A DNA stretch of 64,000 bases from contig JAKLJX010000022.1 in assembly GCA_023150945.1 (NCBI GenBank), positions 28,158-92,157 on the forward strand, written 5' to 3'. This stretch comes from a bacterium. Lineage in GTDB: Bacteria; Zhuqueibacterota; Zhuqueibacteria; Zhuqueibacterales; Zhuqueibacteraceae. Under the pieces are notes generated by a model. That model was not told the origin of the DNA, did not search any database, and saw only the letters and a list, made by a program, of their open reading frames with translations. Both the position numbers and the translations under genes were made by a program. Below are positions 39,937-49,256 of the stretch, piece after piece (position 1 is the stretch's first letter; every line of letters starts with the position of its first letter).

Positions 39937-41226
39937 ATGAAATTGCATTTGGTGAAATGTTGGCTCGTCGTGATCTTTGCTCTGCTTGCTGCCGATCGCG
40001 CGTCGAGCCAGTTGGTGCTGGAGTGGTATGCTACCACGCCCAGCAATGAGAATCATGAAGTGCGAGCAATTGCCCTGACCAATTCCGGCAAGCAAATGTA
40101 TGTTTCCGACTCGTACCCCGATGCCGTGCTGGTCTTCCGAGATGAGCCGAGCGGAACGCCCATTTTCACGTTTGGCGATCCTGCCTGGTCGAGTTGGGTT
40201 GGCCCCTACGGTATTGATGTCGCGACCGACGGTTGGGTCTACCTCGCGGTGTGGGCGGAGAATGACGCCGATCACGCCTTGTGGCGCTGCCGCGCAGACG
40301 GCAAAAAGCTGGAGCGGCTTTGCGGCTTGCCGCAATCGCCCCGAGGCATCAAAGCAGTGGGGCAGGGCAGAAACACTGTGGTGTATGTTTCCGGCACGCT
40401 GGGCCTGGTGATTCGTTGTGTGCAAACTAGGCCAAACGAATTCGAAGCGGAAGTGTTGTTCGAAAGCGGCGTTATTTTGAACCAGCAGTATGTGTTGCCG
40501 GTCAACGCGCAGAAGACGATCTATGTCAGCTCGTGGACTCTTCCCGGAGAGACACCGTACGACACGCCGATCACCAAGTGGGATAACCAGAACGGAGTTT
40601 GGACAAGGGACGAGGGCTTTTCCGTCGGTTATGTGCCGGCTGGCAACGTGCCCTCCATGATATGTGACCGCAAAGAGGATGCGCTTTATTTCCTGCATAT
40701 GGAGGCTTACGCAAGCGATCGGAAAGCACGCATATACAAAGTCAATCCTCAAAGCGGCGAGGAAATGGCCTGGATAGCGGTTGGCAGCAGCATCGGATCG
40801 GGCGGTCGAGGTGGCATCGATATCAGCCAGCATGGTGAAGTATTCTTTGCCATCAAGCAGGGCATGGTCGACGGGTACTACCTTTCCGCAATTGGCAAAG
40901 TCATTGACATGGATTTCGCCAAACCCGGCGGCGCTGCAGATTCCGGCGGTGGGGCAGTTCCCTCAGCTTATGTGCTCCACCAGAATTATCCCAATCCTTT
41001 CAACCCCAGCACCACCATCGAATTTGCCCTACCGCAAGCGAGCTTTGTCACCCTGAAGATTTATGATCTGCTGGGCAATGAAGTCGCCACGTTGGTTTCG
41101 GAAAAACTACCGGCGGGCAGGCACCAGCGCGTGTGGGAGGCGAAGGGTTTGGCGAGCGGGGTGTATCTCTATCAACTATGCGCAGGAGAGCTTTCACAGG
41201 TGAGGAAGATGGCCCTGCTGCGCTAA
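39937..41226 (+). CDS. Secreted beta-propeller-like (NHL-like) protein with CTD
   Basis: Signal peptide; PYGIDVATDG, PRGIKAV, GGIDIS blade motifs; [15 protein letters not shown]. Confidence 0.72.
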   Translation: MKLHLVKCWLVVIFALLAADRASSQLVLEWYATTPSNENHEVRAIALTNSGKQMYVSDSYPDAVLVFRDEPSGTPIFTFGDPAWSSWVGPYGIDVATDGWVYLAVWAENDADHALWRCRADGKKLERLCGLPQSPRGIKAVGQGRNTVVYVSGTLGLVIRCVQTRPNEFEAEVLFESGVILNQQYVLPVNAQKTIYVSSWTLPGETPYDTPITKWDNQNGVWTRDEGFSVGYVPAGNVPSMICDRKEDALYFLHMEAYASDRKARIYKVNPQSGEEMAWIAVGSSIGSGGRGGIDISQHGEVFFAIKQGMVDGYYLSAIGKVIDMDFAKPGGAADSGGGAVPSAYVLHQNYPNPFNPSTTIEFALPQASFVTLKIYDLLGNEVATLVSEKLPAGRHQRVWEAKGLASGVYLYQLCAGELSQVRKMALLR

Positions 41227-41279
41227 TCCAGTGAGGATTTTCATTCAATGCTTCACATTCAATCCACAGGAGGAATCTT

Positions 41280-42437
41280 ATGCGCACGAATCAACTGGCC
41301 GCGCAGCTCCTCGTATGGGCCCTGCTCGCATTACCCGCTGTTGCGGTGAGCCAAATTGCGAGATTCGAAGGCAGCGACCTCGTCCTTGAAAACCGTTTCA
41401 TCAAAGTCACGTTGGCCGCGGAACAGGGCATGATCACTTCTTGGCTCATCAAAGCTACGGGCCAAGAGCTGGCTTATTTTGACCAGGCTGGCAGCAAGGG
41501 CTTGCTGGGCGCGCGTATTTGGACTGGGAATTGGGATGAAGAAGGTGGCTGGCCGACGGAGGTCGGCCGCGCCACGTGGACGAATCAAATCGTCTCCAAT
41601 TCGCGCGCCAGCGCGCTGGTGCGGCAGAGCCTCGCGCTTTCAGAAGGCGGAGTAGCCACCGGTATGAAAGTCGTGAAGAATTTTTTGCTGACCCAAAACT
41701 CTTATCTCATTGCTGCCGAGTATAAGCTCATCAATCGCACCGACCACACGATTGCATTTACTGCGCTCACATTGGAATCAACCGCGAACACCGGGTCGGG
41801 CGGCCGTTTGGGTTATGGCGAGCATGGCTCGAACGCGGTCACGATCATCACACAAGGGCAAGTAGTGGAGAACTTCGATTTCCAATGGATGGCCATGGAA
41901 GTGGAAACGCGCGACGCACTCTTCGGTACGGTCTTCCTGGATCACCGTCCCGCTTTCGCATGGCTCTATGAAGGGGTCGGCGACAATGGCAGAGACATGG
42001 AGCCGCATTTCGGGCCGATGAATCTTGCTTCTGGCGGCACGGAGACTTTTCATTTGTTGATCTACGGCGGGCCGGGCAGCCTCGATTGGTTCTCGCCTGC
42101 CGCATCCTCCCAAAACCAAAGCTTGCTGCGTATGAACGAAGCCGCAACGGAAAAACCGCTGCGCTTCGTGCTGGCGCAGAATTATCCCAACCCCTTCAAC
42201 CCCGAAACCGAAATTCGTTTCGCGCTGCCGGAGGCTGGCAGCGTCGTGCTGAAGATCTTCAACACCCTCGGCGAGGAGATTCGCACGCTGGCAGCCGCGC
42301 CGTTCGCAGCGGGTCATCATCGCGTGTTGTGGGACGGCAAGGATAATGACGGCAAGCCCGTCGCCAGCGGCATTTACCTCTATCAACTCCGCGTGGGCGA
42401 GTTTGTGCAGGTGAGGAAGATGAGTCTGTTGCGCTGA
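41280..42437 (+). CDS. Secreted beta-sandwich (galactose mutarotase-like fold suspected) protein with CTD
   Basis: Signal peptide; LVLENRFIKVTL...GMITSW; [15 protein letters not shown]. Confidence 0.68.
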   Translation: MRTNQLAAQLLVWALLALPAVAVSQIARFEGSDLVLENRFIKVTLAAEQGMITSWLIKATGQELAYFDQAGSKGLLGARIWTGNWDEEGGWPTEVGRATWTNQIVSNSRASALVRQSLALSEGGVATGMKVVKNFLLTQNSYLIAAEYKLINRTDHTIAFTALTLESTANTGSGGRLGYGEHGSNAVTIITQGQVVENFDFQWMAMEVETRDALFGTVFLDHRPAFAWLYEGVGDNGRDMEPHFGPMNLASGGTETFHLLIYGGPGSLDWFSPAASSQNQSLLRMNEAATEKPLRFVLAQNYPNPFNPETEIRFALPEAGSVVLKIFNTLGEEIRTLAAAPFAAGHHRVLWDGKDNDGKPVASGIYLYQLRVGEFVQVRKMSLLR

Positions 42438-42576
42438 ACCAACCTGCTTTCGCAGGTTGAATGTTACGGCTGCAAGTGATCCTCCCGCCGGCGTATCAAG
42501 TGAGGCGCCGGCAGGAGGTATGACAATTTGTGGCAACACCATGTGCGCTGTTCCGAACTTTTATGTGGAGTCCAAC

Positions 42577-44346
42577 ATGAGACCAAACCCATTCCCTGGC
42601 TGGGCGATTACTCTGCTCACGATTGCCCTGTTGGCGTTGCACGGTTGTGAACGGCTCGAGCAAAATTCTCCCACCGGCGTCGAGGCGACCATTGCAAAAC
42701 CAGCCCCGGAGAAAAGCTCGCTGCCGGCTTACCTCTCCAGCCCACCGGACATTATCGTAACCACCACCTCTGATCTCGCCGATTTTGACGGCGGCCAACA
42801 AGTCAGCGATTTGCCCGGCCCGGATGGCCTCGTCTCGTTGCGGGAAGCCATTATCGCGGCCAACAACACTGCCGGGCCGAATGTGATCGGATTCAACATT
42901 TCGACCAGCGACGCGGGATTTGATGGCAGTGTCTTTACCATTCAGCCCCATCCTGCGCAATTGCCGGAACTATTAGATGATGGCACGATCGTAGATGGCG
43001 CCTCCCAATCCGCCTTCACTGGCAACACGAATGCAGCAGGACCCGAAATCTTTTTGGATGGAAACTCAATCGATCCGAATGTCGAGTCCCACGGAATTGG
43101 CATCGCGTCCGCTGCAAATCATATTCATGGACTGGCGATTGGAGGCTTCAGCAAGGGCGTAAGCATTGGCGGTGATCGCGCGAATGACAATCACATCACG
43201 GGTTGCTTTGTCGGTCTCGCCCCGGATGGCGTGACCGCGCATGCCAATCGCATGTGGGGTGTTTGTGCGGCCAATTTTGCCTCCGGCATCCTCATTGGCG
43301 GGCCGGCGCCGGCGGAAAGAAATGTCATCTCCGGCAATGATGGCAGTGGCATTTGGCTCGCGAATTATTTGCAGCACGCGACGATTCAAAACAACTATAT
43401 CGGCACGGATGCCGGCGGTTTGATCGCCGTGCGCAATGGGTCCGGCATCATCGTCACTGATCAATGCCACGACATTCTGATTCAAGGGAGTGTGATCTCT
43501 GGAAATCTCTACAAAGGCATAGGGCTGCGTTTGGTACATGATATTCGCATCGAGGGGAATATCATCGGTCCGGATGCACAACAGGACGCCCTTGCCGGCA
43601 ACGAGCAGCAGGGCATCGCTGCTGACGCGCTGCAACTGGGAGAGTTGATCTCACAACTCATCATTGGTGGCACAGCCTCCCGCCAAGCCAACCTTATTGC
43701 CTGGAATCCTCAGGGCGGAATCATTATTGGTGCGACATTGGAAGATGCGCAGATTCTCGGCAACACGATCACGCGCAACGGCATGTCTGGAATCCACATC
43801 TATGGCAGCACCACGGCCAACACTCTGCTCATTGCGCGCAATGCGATTCATTCCAACTTTGGCTCAGGCGTGAGCGTGAACGGGCCGGGCACCGGCTACA
43901 CGATCTCACAAAACAGCTTCTATACCAATGACATGCTCGGCATTGAGCTGGCGCCTGACTATTCCTACAGCGAGGGCGTGAGTCCCAACGACCCCGGCGA
44001 CGCCGACACCGGTCCCAACGATTTGATGAACTATCCCGTGCTGGAATCGGCCAAGGCCACGCCCGGCAAGCTCATCGTGAAAGGCTATATCGACACGCCC
44101 AATCCCATAACCGTCACCATCGAATTCTTTGCCAATCCGGTGCCTGATCCCGGTGGCGATCCCACCGGCCACGGCGAAGGCGCGATTTATCTGGGCAGTG
44201 ATCGGCCCAATGCGCAAGGCAAATTCACCGCCACTTTGCCGGCAGTAGCCGTCGGCACGCTGGTTACAGCCACCGCCACCGATGCCGCCGGCAACACCTC
44301 GGAATTTGCATTGAACCTGGCGGCAACCGGGCCGGGTTACAAGTAA
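42577..44346 (+). CDS. Lipoprotein with right-handed parallel beta-helix repeats (CSLREA-like N-terminus)
   Basis: Lipobox LHGC; LVSLREAIIAAN; repeated 'I.GN.I' coils and NVISGNDGSG; C-terminal TATATDAAGNTSEFA. Confidence 0.8.
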   Translation: MRPNPFPGWAITLLTIALLALHGCERLEQNSPTGVEATIAKPAPEKSSLPAYLSSPPDIIVTTTSDLADFDGGQQVSDLPGPDGLVSLREAIIAANNTAGPNVIGFNISTSDAGFDGSVFTIQPHPAQLPELLDDGTIVDGASQSAFTGNTNAAGPEIFLDGNSIDPNVESHGIGIASAANHIHGLAIGGFSKGVSIGGDRANDNHITGCFVGLAPDGVTAHANRMWGVCAANFASGILIGGPAPAERNVISGNDGSGIWLANYLQHATIQNNYIGTDAGGLIAVRNGSGIIVTDQCHDILIQGSVISGNLYKGIGLRLVHDIRIEGNIIGPDAQQDALAGNEQQGIAADALQLGELISQLIIGGTASRQANLIAWNPQGGIIIGATLEDAQILGNTITRNGMSGIHIYGSTTANTLLIARNAIHSNFGSGVSVNGPGTGYTISQNSFYTNDMLGIELAPDYSYSEGVSPNDPGDADTGPNDLMNYPVLESAKATPGKLIVKGYIDTPNPITVTIEFFANPVPDPGGDPTGHGEGAIYLGSDRPNAQGKFTATLPAVAVGTLVTATATDAAGNTSEFALNLAATGPGYK

Positions 44347-44370
44347 TACAGTTGAGAAGAGGTGAAACCA

Positions 44371-44919
44371 ATGAAGCGCACCTGCCAACCACCCGCCGCC
44401 ATTGTCGTGATGCTCATGCTCGTATGGTTTTGCGGGAGCATGACGGCCCACGCCCAAACTTCCAGGCCACAGCAGCGGAACGACTTTTTTTGGATGAATG
44501 CCGGATTCGGCGGCACGAATTTCGGCGGGGCTTACGCCCTGGGCTTGTCTGCCCAGTTTGGCATGCACCTCTTTTCGTTTCATTGTGCCACCGCGTACAA
44601 CGTGGAAAGCTCGGAAGTCGGCACGGCGTACAGTGTGCTGTATGGTTTGGGAAGAAGAGGCAGAAAGTCGGCATTCTCGCTCGCAGTTGGATCCGGGGTG
44701 ATGCAGGGCAATCGCCATCACGGTGACTACTTGTATGACTTCGACCCGGTGTGGGGATTCTCCACTGAAGCGCAGTTGTTTGGAAGAATCTCCGAGTACT
44801 TTGGCGCGGGTTTGTCGGTCATGCTCAATCTGAACCGGGAAAAGGACTTTCCCGTGATCTCGTTGTGCGTGCAATTCGGCAGGCTGTGGCGGCTGCCGGA
44901 GTCAGGTAATGAGCCGTGA
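44371..44919 (+). CDS. Small outer-membrane beta-barrel-like exported protein
   Basis: Signal peptide ending AHA; Gly/aromatic alternating strands; C-terminal VQFGRL. Confidence 0.58.
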   Translation: MKRTCQPPAAIVVMLMLVWFCGSMTAHAQTSRPQQRNDFFWMNAGFGGTNFGGAYALGLSAQFGMHLFSFHCATAYNVESSEVGTAYSVLYGLGRRGRKSAFSLAVGSGVMQGNRHHGDYLYDFDPVWGFSTEAQLFGRISEYFGAGLSVMLNLNREKDFPVISLCVQFGRLWRLPESGNEP

Positions 44920-44966
44920 TCGGTGCCGCCACGAACCGGTTTTGTCGTCGCTCTCGGGAGAGTGTG

Positions 44967-45548
44967 ATGCGGCATCTTTTGTCATCCAGCAAAACGCAAT
45001 TTCTCGCCACGGTGATCGCGCTGCTGGCAGCCGGCGATCAATGGGCGAAAGCAGCGGTGCGCCAAGCCATGTCGCCCGGCGAGAGCATTGCGGTTCTGGG
45101 CGACTGGTTCCGCTTGACCTACGTGCGGAACAATCGCGGCTTCTCGTGGTGGGTGCCGGCATTGCCGGCCTGGGCAGGGATCGCGCTCCAACTTCTGTTG
45201 GTTGCCATTCTGCTGTTGGCACTGCCGGTCTATTTGTTTTACACGGAGAAACGGCGACAGAGTATTTGGGCAGACACGGCGTTCATCGCGCTCAGTGCCG
45301 CCTGTCTGGGGCATTTGACGGATAATTTGTTTGTGCCCTTCACCACGGATTTTCTGCGAGTGTGGCATTCACCCAGCGCCAATTTTGCCGATCTCTATGC
45401 CTATGTCGGGCTGGTGGCTTTGGTGATCGAGATTCTTGCTTTGCGCCGCATGCGGCCGTGGCGTGGCTGGCGTGACTTTTTTGCACAGTGCGCCAACACC
45501 CGGCATGAGTTTTTGGCCTTTCTCAGAAGTGCAATTCGAAGAGAATGA
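44967..45548 (+). CDS. Divergent signal peptidase II (LspA-like)
   Basis: GDQWAK, VRNNRGFS, GHLTDN, TTDFL and ANFAD correspond to the LspA motifs; four hydrophobic segments. Confidence 0.7.
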   Translation: MRHLLSSSKTQFLATVIALLAAGDQWAKAAVRQAMSPGESIAVLGDWFRLTYVRNNRGFSWWVPALPAWAGIALQLLLVAILLLALPVYLFYTEKRRQSIWADTAFIALSAACLGHLTDNLFVPFTTDFLRVWHSPSANFADLYAYVGLVALVIEILALRRMRPWRGWRDFFAQCANTRHEFLAFLRSAIRRE

Positions 45549-45751
45549 ATGAAGTGCGCCGCTGCGCCGAATTTTGGAATGTGACATTGTTATCCTGCAA
45601 GGACCCTGTAAAGACCTGGGCACAGCGCCTAGAATTTCACAAGATGCGTCTGCATAACATATCGCGAGATCACCTCCACGAATACTGGCTCGCAAAACCT
45701 CTGGTATTCTGACGGTCACTCCCGATAAACCTGGAGTAGCAGGAGTTGCCC

Positions 45752-47356
45752 ATGATCATGAATCGCAGAACATTTCTCAAAACCACCGCGGCCGCCGGCG
45801 GTGCACTGATCTTTCAACCGGCGCACGCGCTGCGCCCGCTGTACCGCGCTGCCCCAGATTACTTCGGCTTGCATCCGTTTGTGGCGCGTCATCCTGAGGC
45901 AGTTTTCATTATGCGCACGCAGGTCGACGTCAAGACCAACGACGAGGCCAAACGGCAGGTCGGACGCGACCTCGGACGCTCGCTGTTCGTGCGTTTGGGT
46001 GAGGGCGAAGGCGGTGTGCCGCTCACGCACAAAGTTGCCATCAAACCCAATCTCACCTGCCGGGGCAAATGGGACAGCCGCTACACCGTGCTCGGCACCA
46101 TGGGCGTTGTCACCGATGCGTTCTTTGTGGAAGGCCTCATTGAAAGCATGAAGGAATTGGGGCTCTCCGGTGGACAGTTTTTCCTGCGCGAGTCCAATTG
46201 TCCCGAAGACTTTGCCGAGGGCGGCTATTGGGAGATGGCCGGTCGCACCGGCGCGGATCTGCGCGATCTGAGCGCGAAAGTCGGCGTCATCAGCGAAAGC
46301 GATTTGCAATGGCACGAGGTGCCGCAAGGCGTGTGGTTCCGTCGAATTCCCTATCTCTGGCCGGTCAACGCGCCCGAAACGTTTCTGCTCAATATCGCGA
46401 AATTTAAGACGCACGCCATGGGCGTGACGCTGTGCGCGAAAAATCTGCAGGGCTCGATTGCCCACAATTATCAGGCGCACTGCACGGCTCATAATCGCAA
46501 CATGGACATGCCGGCGCAACATCTCAATCCCAGTGCCAAGGCGGACATCCTCGCCAACTACTATCGCCATCTTGCCGATGGCATCCCGCGCTGGGACCGG
46601 CCCGGCGAGAGCGGCGGGTTGTGGCAGGAAACCTGGGCCACGCGCTGTCTGGACAACAATTCCGTCACGCATCCTGATCTTCACCTCATCGAGGGCATCT
46701 ACGGTCGCGACGGCCATTTCGTCGCCGGCCCGAGTGCAGCCGGCCTGGCCACCGATTACATGACCAATATCATCATCTTTGGCGGCAATGCCTTTCATGT
46801 CGATATTGTCGGCCATTGGCTCGCCGGTCACGAGCCGGGCAACTTCGGCTTGTTTCATCTTGCGCTCGAGCGCGGCCTGTCCAGCCAGCTCGATCCCCGG
46901 CGCATTCCGGTGTATGAATGGCAAAGTGACGGCTCGGCGACATTGACTCCGCTCACGGAGTTCGCCCGCACGCCGCTGCGGACTTTCTATCTGCAGCGGG
47001 ATTATGCCGGACAAACCGAGCCGTACTGGCATATGGTCGATGAACCTTTTGACTATCCTACGCTCGTTGCCGGCCGGCAATCGCCTCAGCCCAAAACGTT
47101 TATGCTGCAGCAGAATTTTCCGAATCCCTTTCATCCCACCACCGCCATCGAATTCAGTCTGCCGCGCGCCAGCCATGCCCGGCTGGAGGTTTTCAACCTG
47201 AAGGGAGAGTTGGTGGAAGTGCTGGCCGATCGCTATTTTGCGGCAGGATCGCATTTGGCAGTTTGGAAAACCCGCAGCCAGCCGGCGGGAGTCTATTTCT
47301 ATCGCTTCAGCGGCGATGGCTGGCGCGAGACCAAACGCATGCTGCTGGTGCGTTGA
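45752..47356 (+). CDS. Tat-exported DUF362-domain protein with CTD
   Basis: NRRTFLK twin-arginine signal; KVAIKPNL, NIAKFKTH, KNLQG, LIEGIYG DUF362-type motifs; QNFPNPFHPTT CTD. Confidence 0.78.
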   Translation: MIMNRRTFLKTTAAAGGALIFQPAHALRPLYRAAPDYFGLHPFVARHPEAVFIMRTQVDVKTNDEAKRQVGRDLGRSLFVRLGEGEGGVPLTHKVAIKPNLTCRGKWDSRYTVLGTMGVVTDAFFVEGLIESMKELGLSGGQFFLRESNCPEDFAEGGYWEMAGRTGADLRDLSAKVGVISESDLQWHEVPQGVWFRRIPYLWPVNAPETFLLNIAKFKTHAMGVTLCAKNLQGSIAHNYQAHCTAHNRNMDMPAQHLNPSAKADILANYYRHLADGIPRWDRPGESGGLWQETWATRCLDNNSVTHPDLHLIEGIYGRDGHFVAGPSAAGLATDYMTNIIIFGGNAFHVDIVGHWLAGHEPGNFGLFHLALERGLSSQLDPRRIPVYEWQSDGSATLTPLTEFARTPLRTFYLQRDYAGQTEPYWHMVDEPFDYPTLVAGRQSPQPKTFMLQQNFPNPFHPTTAIEFSLPRASHARLEVFNLKGELVEVLADRYFAAGSHLAVWKTRSQPAGVYFYRFSGDGWRETKRMLLVR

Positions 47357-47438
47357 AGCAGCGGCAAATTTGACGGCGCGCCCTGCGCCACACCGTTTTC
47401 AACTGAACCATGTCATGCCGCCGGGAGGTGCATTGCTC

Positions 47439-47897
47439 ATGAAGCAAAGGCAGTTGCTGAAGCCGGCCGCCCTTCTTCTGCCGATGTTGACCTTGTGCTG
47501 CTGTAATCTGTTCTGCTCCGATATTACGCGACCGATCAATGGACTCAAGACGCACGACGCGCTGCTGCAGCAAGTTAAGGGCTGCCAGCGCACCGGCCTG
47601 GCCAGAGCGGCCACGGCGGATTCCTGCTTCGCATATCAATTCGAAGATGATCTCAAGCTGGAATTCTGCGTGATTGCCAATTGCTGCCCCGATACCAACC
47701 GCTTCAAACTGGCGAGTGTGGTGAGGCAGGATACCATTGCAATCGCCGTGGCGGACACGGCCGCCCGGCTTTGCCATTGCATTTGTCCCTATCTCATTCG
47801 CGCGGAATTCAGAGACCTGCCGGAAGATCATTACGTGGTGGTGTGCAGCTATGGTGATTCACTGTGGCTGGTGCAGCACGTCTACCGCCAGGATTGA
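47439..47897 (+). CDS. Cys-rich hypothetical lipoprotein
   Basis: Basic N-terminus, hydrophobic stretch, LTLC(CC) lipobox; NCC and CHCIC motifs. Confidence 0.6.
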   Translation: MKQRQLLKPAALLLPMLTLCCCNLFCSDITRPINGLKTHDALLQQVKGCQRTGLARAATADSCFAYQFEDDLKLEFCVIANCCPDTNRFKLASVVRQDTIAIAVADTAARLCHCICPYLIRAEFRDLPEDHYVVVCSYGDSLWLVQHVYRQD

Positions 47898-48022
47898 TCC
47901 GCCGGACCGGGTGCCTGTCGACAATGCCGCGGCGGGAATCTCACCGCGCGAGTTTTCCTGTTGACTTGCTGGCCGGAATGATCCACCTTGTGCCCGGCTT
48001 TGCCATAATCAATGGAGGAGAG

Positions 48023-48235
48023 ATGAAGTATGGCGATCTGCTGGTCAATTTTGCCGCCAGCTTTCTGGTGGCATTCGGAGTGACGGTCATCGTGACGCTG
48101 TTGTGGAATCTGATTGTGTCCGGCACGGCAACGGTGGAATGGCAGACTTCGTTGCGCTTGGGAATTTTCGCCGGCATCGTGTTTCCGTTGCTGGAGCTCT
48201 GGCAGCGCAAATCGAAAGGAAGGAAAAGTGATTGA
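48023..48235 (+). CDS. Small two-TM hypothetical protein
   Basis: SD GGAGG; two hydrophobic helices; stop overlaps the ptb start region. Confidence 0.6.
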   Translation: MKYGDLLVNFAASFLVAFGVTVIVTLLWNLIVSGTATVEWQTSLRLGIFAGIVFPLLELWQRKSKGRKSD

Positions 48236-49142
48236 GAATTTCTCTGCGCTGCGCCGAATGGCGCAACAACGCGGCCCCAAGCGGGTCGCGGTGGTGATGG
48301 CTGACGATGAAGTGGCGCTCACCGCCCTGGCGCAAGCCGTGGCATTGAACCTGGCAACGCCAGTGTTGATCGGCGAGGTGGCGCGTATCCGCGAGAAGCT
48401 GGCGACGGTCGAGGCCGGCGCGGCACTCGCTAACGCGATTCTCATCTCCGTGCCGAACGCCAGCGCGGCCGCTGAAACCGCGGTGCATCTTTGCCGCAGC
48501 GGCGAAGTCGACTTGTTGCTCAAGGGCCATTTGCGCACCGATCAACTCTTGCATGCCGTGCTGGACAAACAGCACGGCTTGCGCACCGGCCGCCTGTTGA
48601 GCGATGTGTTGCTTTATGAAGACACGCTGGCCGGCGTCCGCCGCCTGGTGGGCGTGACCGATGGCGGCATCAATGTGTTGCCCACGCTCGAGCAAAAAAA
48701 GCAGATCATCGCGAACGGCGTGGCGGTCATGCACGCACTCGGCTGTGGCCGGCCGCGAGTGGCGTTGATGAGCGCGACCGAGGTGGTGAGCCAAGCCGTG
48801 CCCTCCACCGTCGAGGCGCAGGCGCTGACCGAATGGGCGGCCACCGGCGAGTTGGGTGAATGTAAAGTCTTTGGCCCGCTGGCGCTGGACAATGCTTTGC
48901 TGGAAGCGGCGGCGGCCGCCAAGGGCATTCGCTCGCCGGTTGCCGGCCGCGCCGATCTCATGGTCGTGCCCAATATCGAGGCCGGCAACCTCCTCGGCAA
49001 AGCGGTGAAGTATTTCGGCCAATCTGCGTGCGGCCATGTGATCGTCGGCGCGGCCGTGCCGGTGTTGATTCCCTCGCGCGTAGAAAGCGCCGAAGACAAG
49101 CTCAATGCCGTGGCGTTGGGCGTGGTGATTCAGGCGGGCTAG
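48228..49142 (+). CDS. ptb: Phosphate butyryltransferase
   Basis: LLKGHLRTD, TDGGINVLP, FGPLALDNA, PNIEAGNLLGK, PSRVES; GTG start at 48228; paired with buk. Confidence 0.88.
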   Translation: MIENFSALRRMAQQRGPKRVAVVMADDEVALTALAQAVALNLATPVLIGEVARIREKLATVEAGAALANAILISVPNASAAAETAVHLCRSGEVDLLLKGHLRTDQLLHAVLDKQHGLRTGRLLSDVLLYEDTLAGVRRLVGVTDGGINVLPTLEQKKQIIANGVAVMHALGCGRPRVALMSATEVVSQAVPSTVEAQALTEWAATGELGECKVFGPLALDNALLEAAAAAKGIRSPVAGRADLMVVPNIEAGNLLGKAVKYFGQSACGHVIVGAAVPVLIPSRVESAEDKLNAVALGVVIQAG

Positions 49143-49256
49143 AAGCATCGCCAGGAGGCGAGAACGATTCTGGCAGAATCTGCGCGCAGTATTCTTTGGG
49201 TGACACTGCAGGAGGGAGGCCGGAATCTGCATTGACCTGAAAAGGAGGACAGCAGG

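Noticed and set aside
39531-42440. Possible diversity-generating retroelement TR/VR pair
   Set aside because: Mismatches are not adenine-specific and no reverse transcriptase is in the window.
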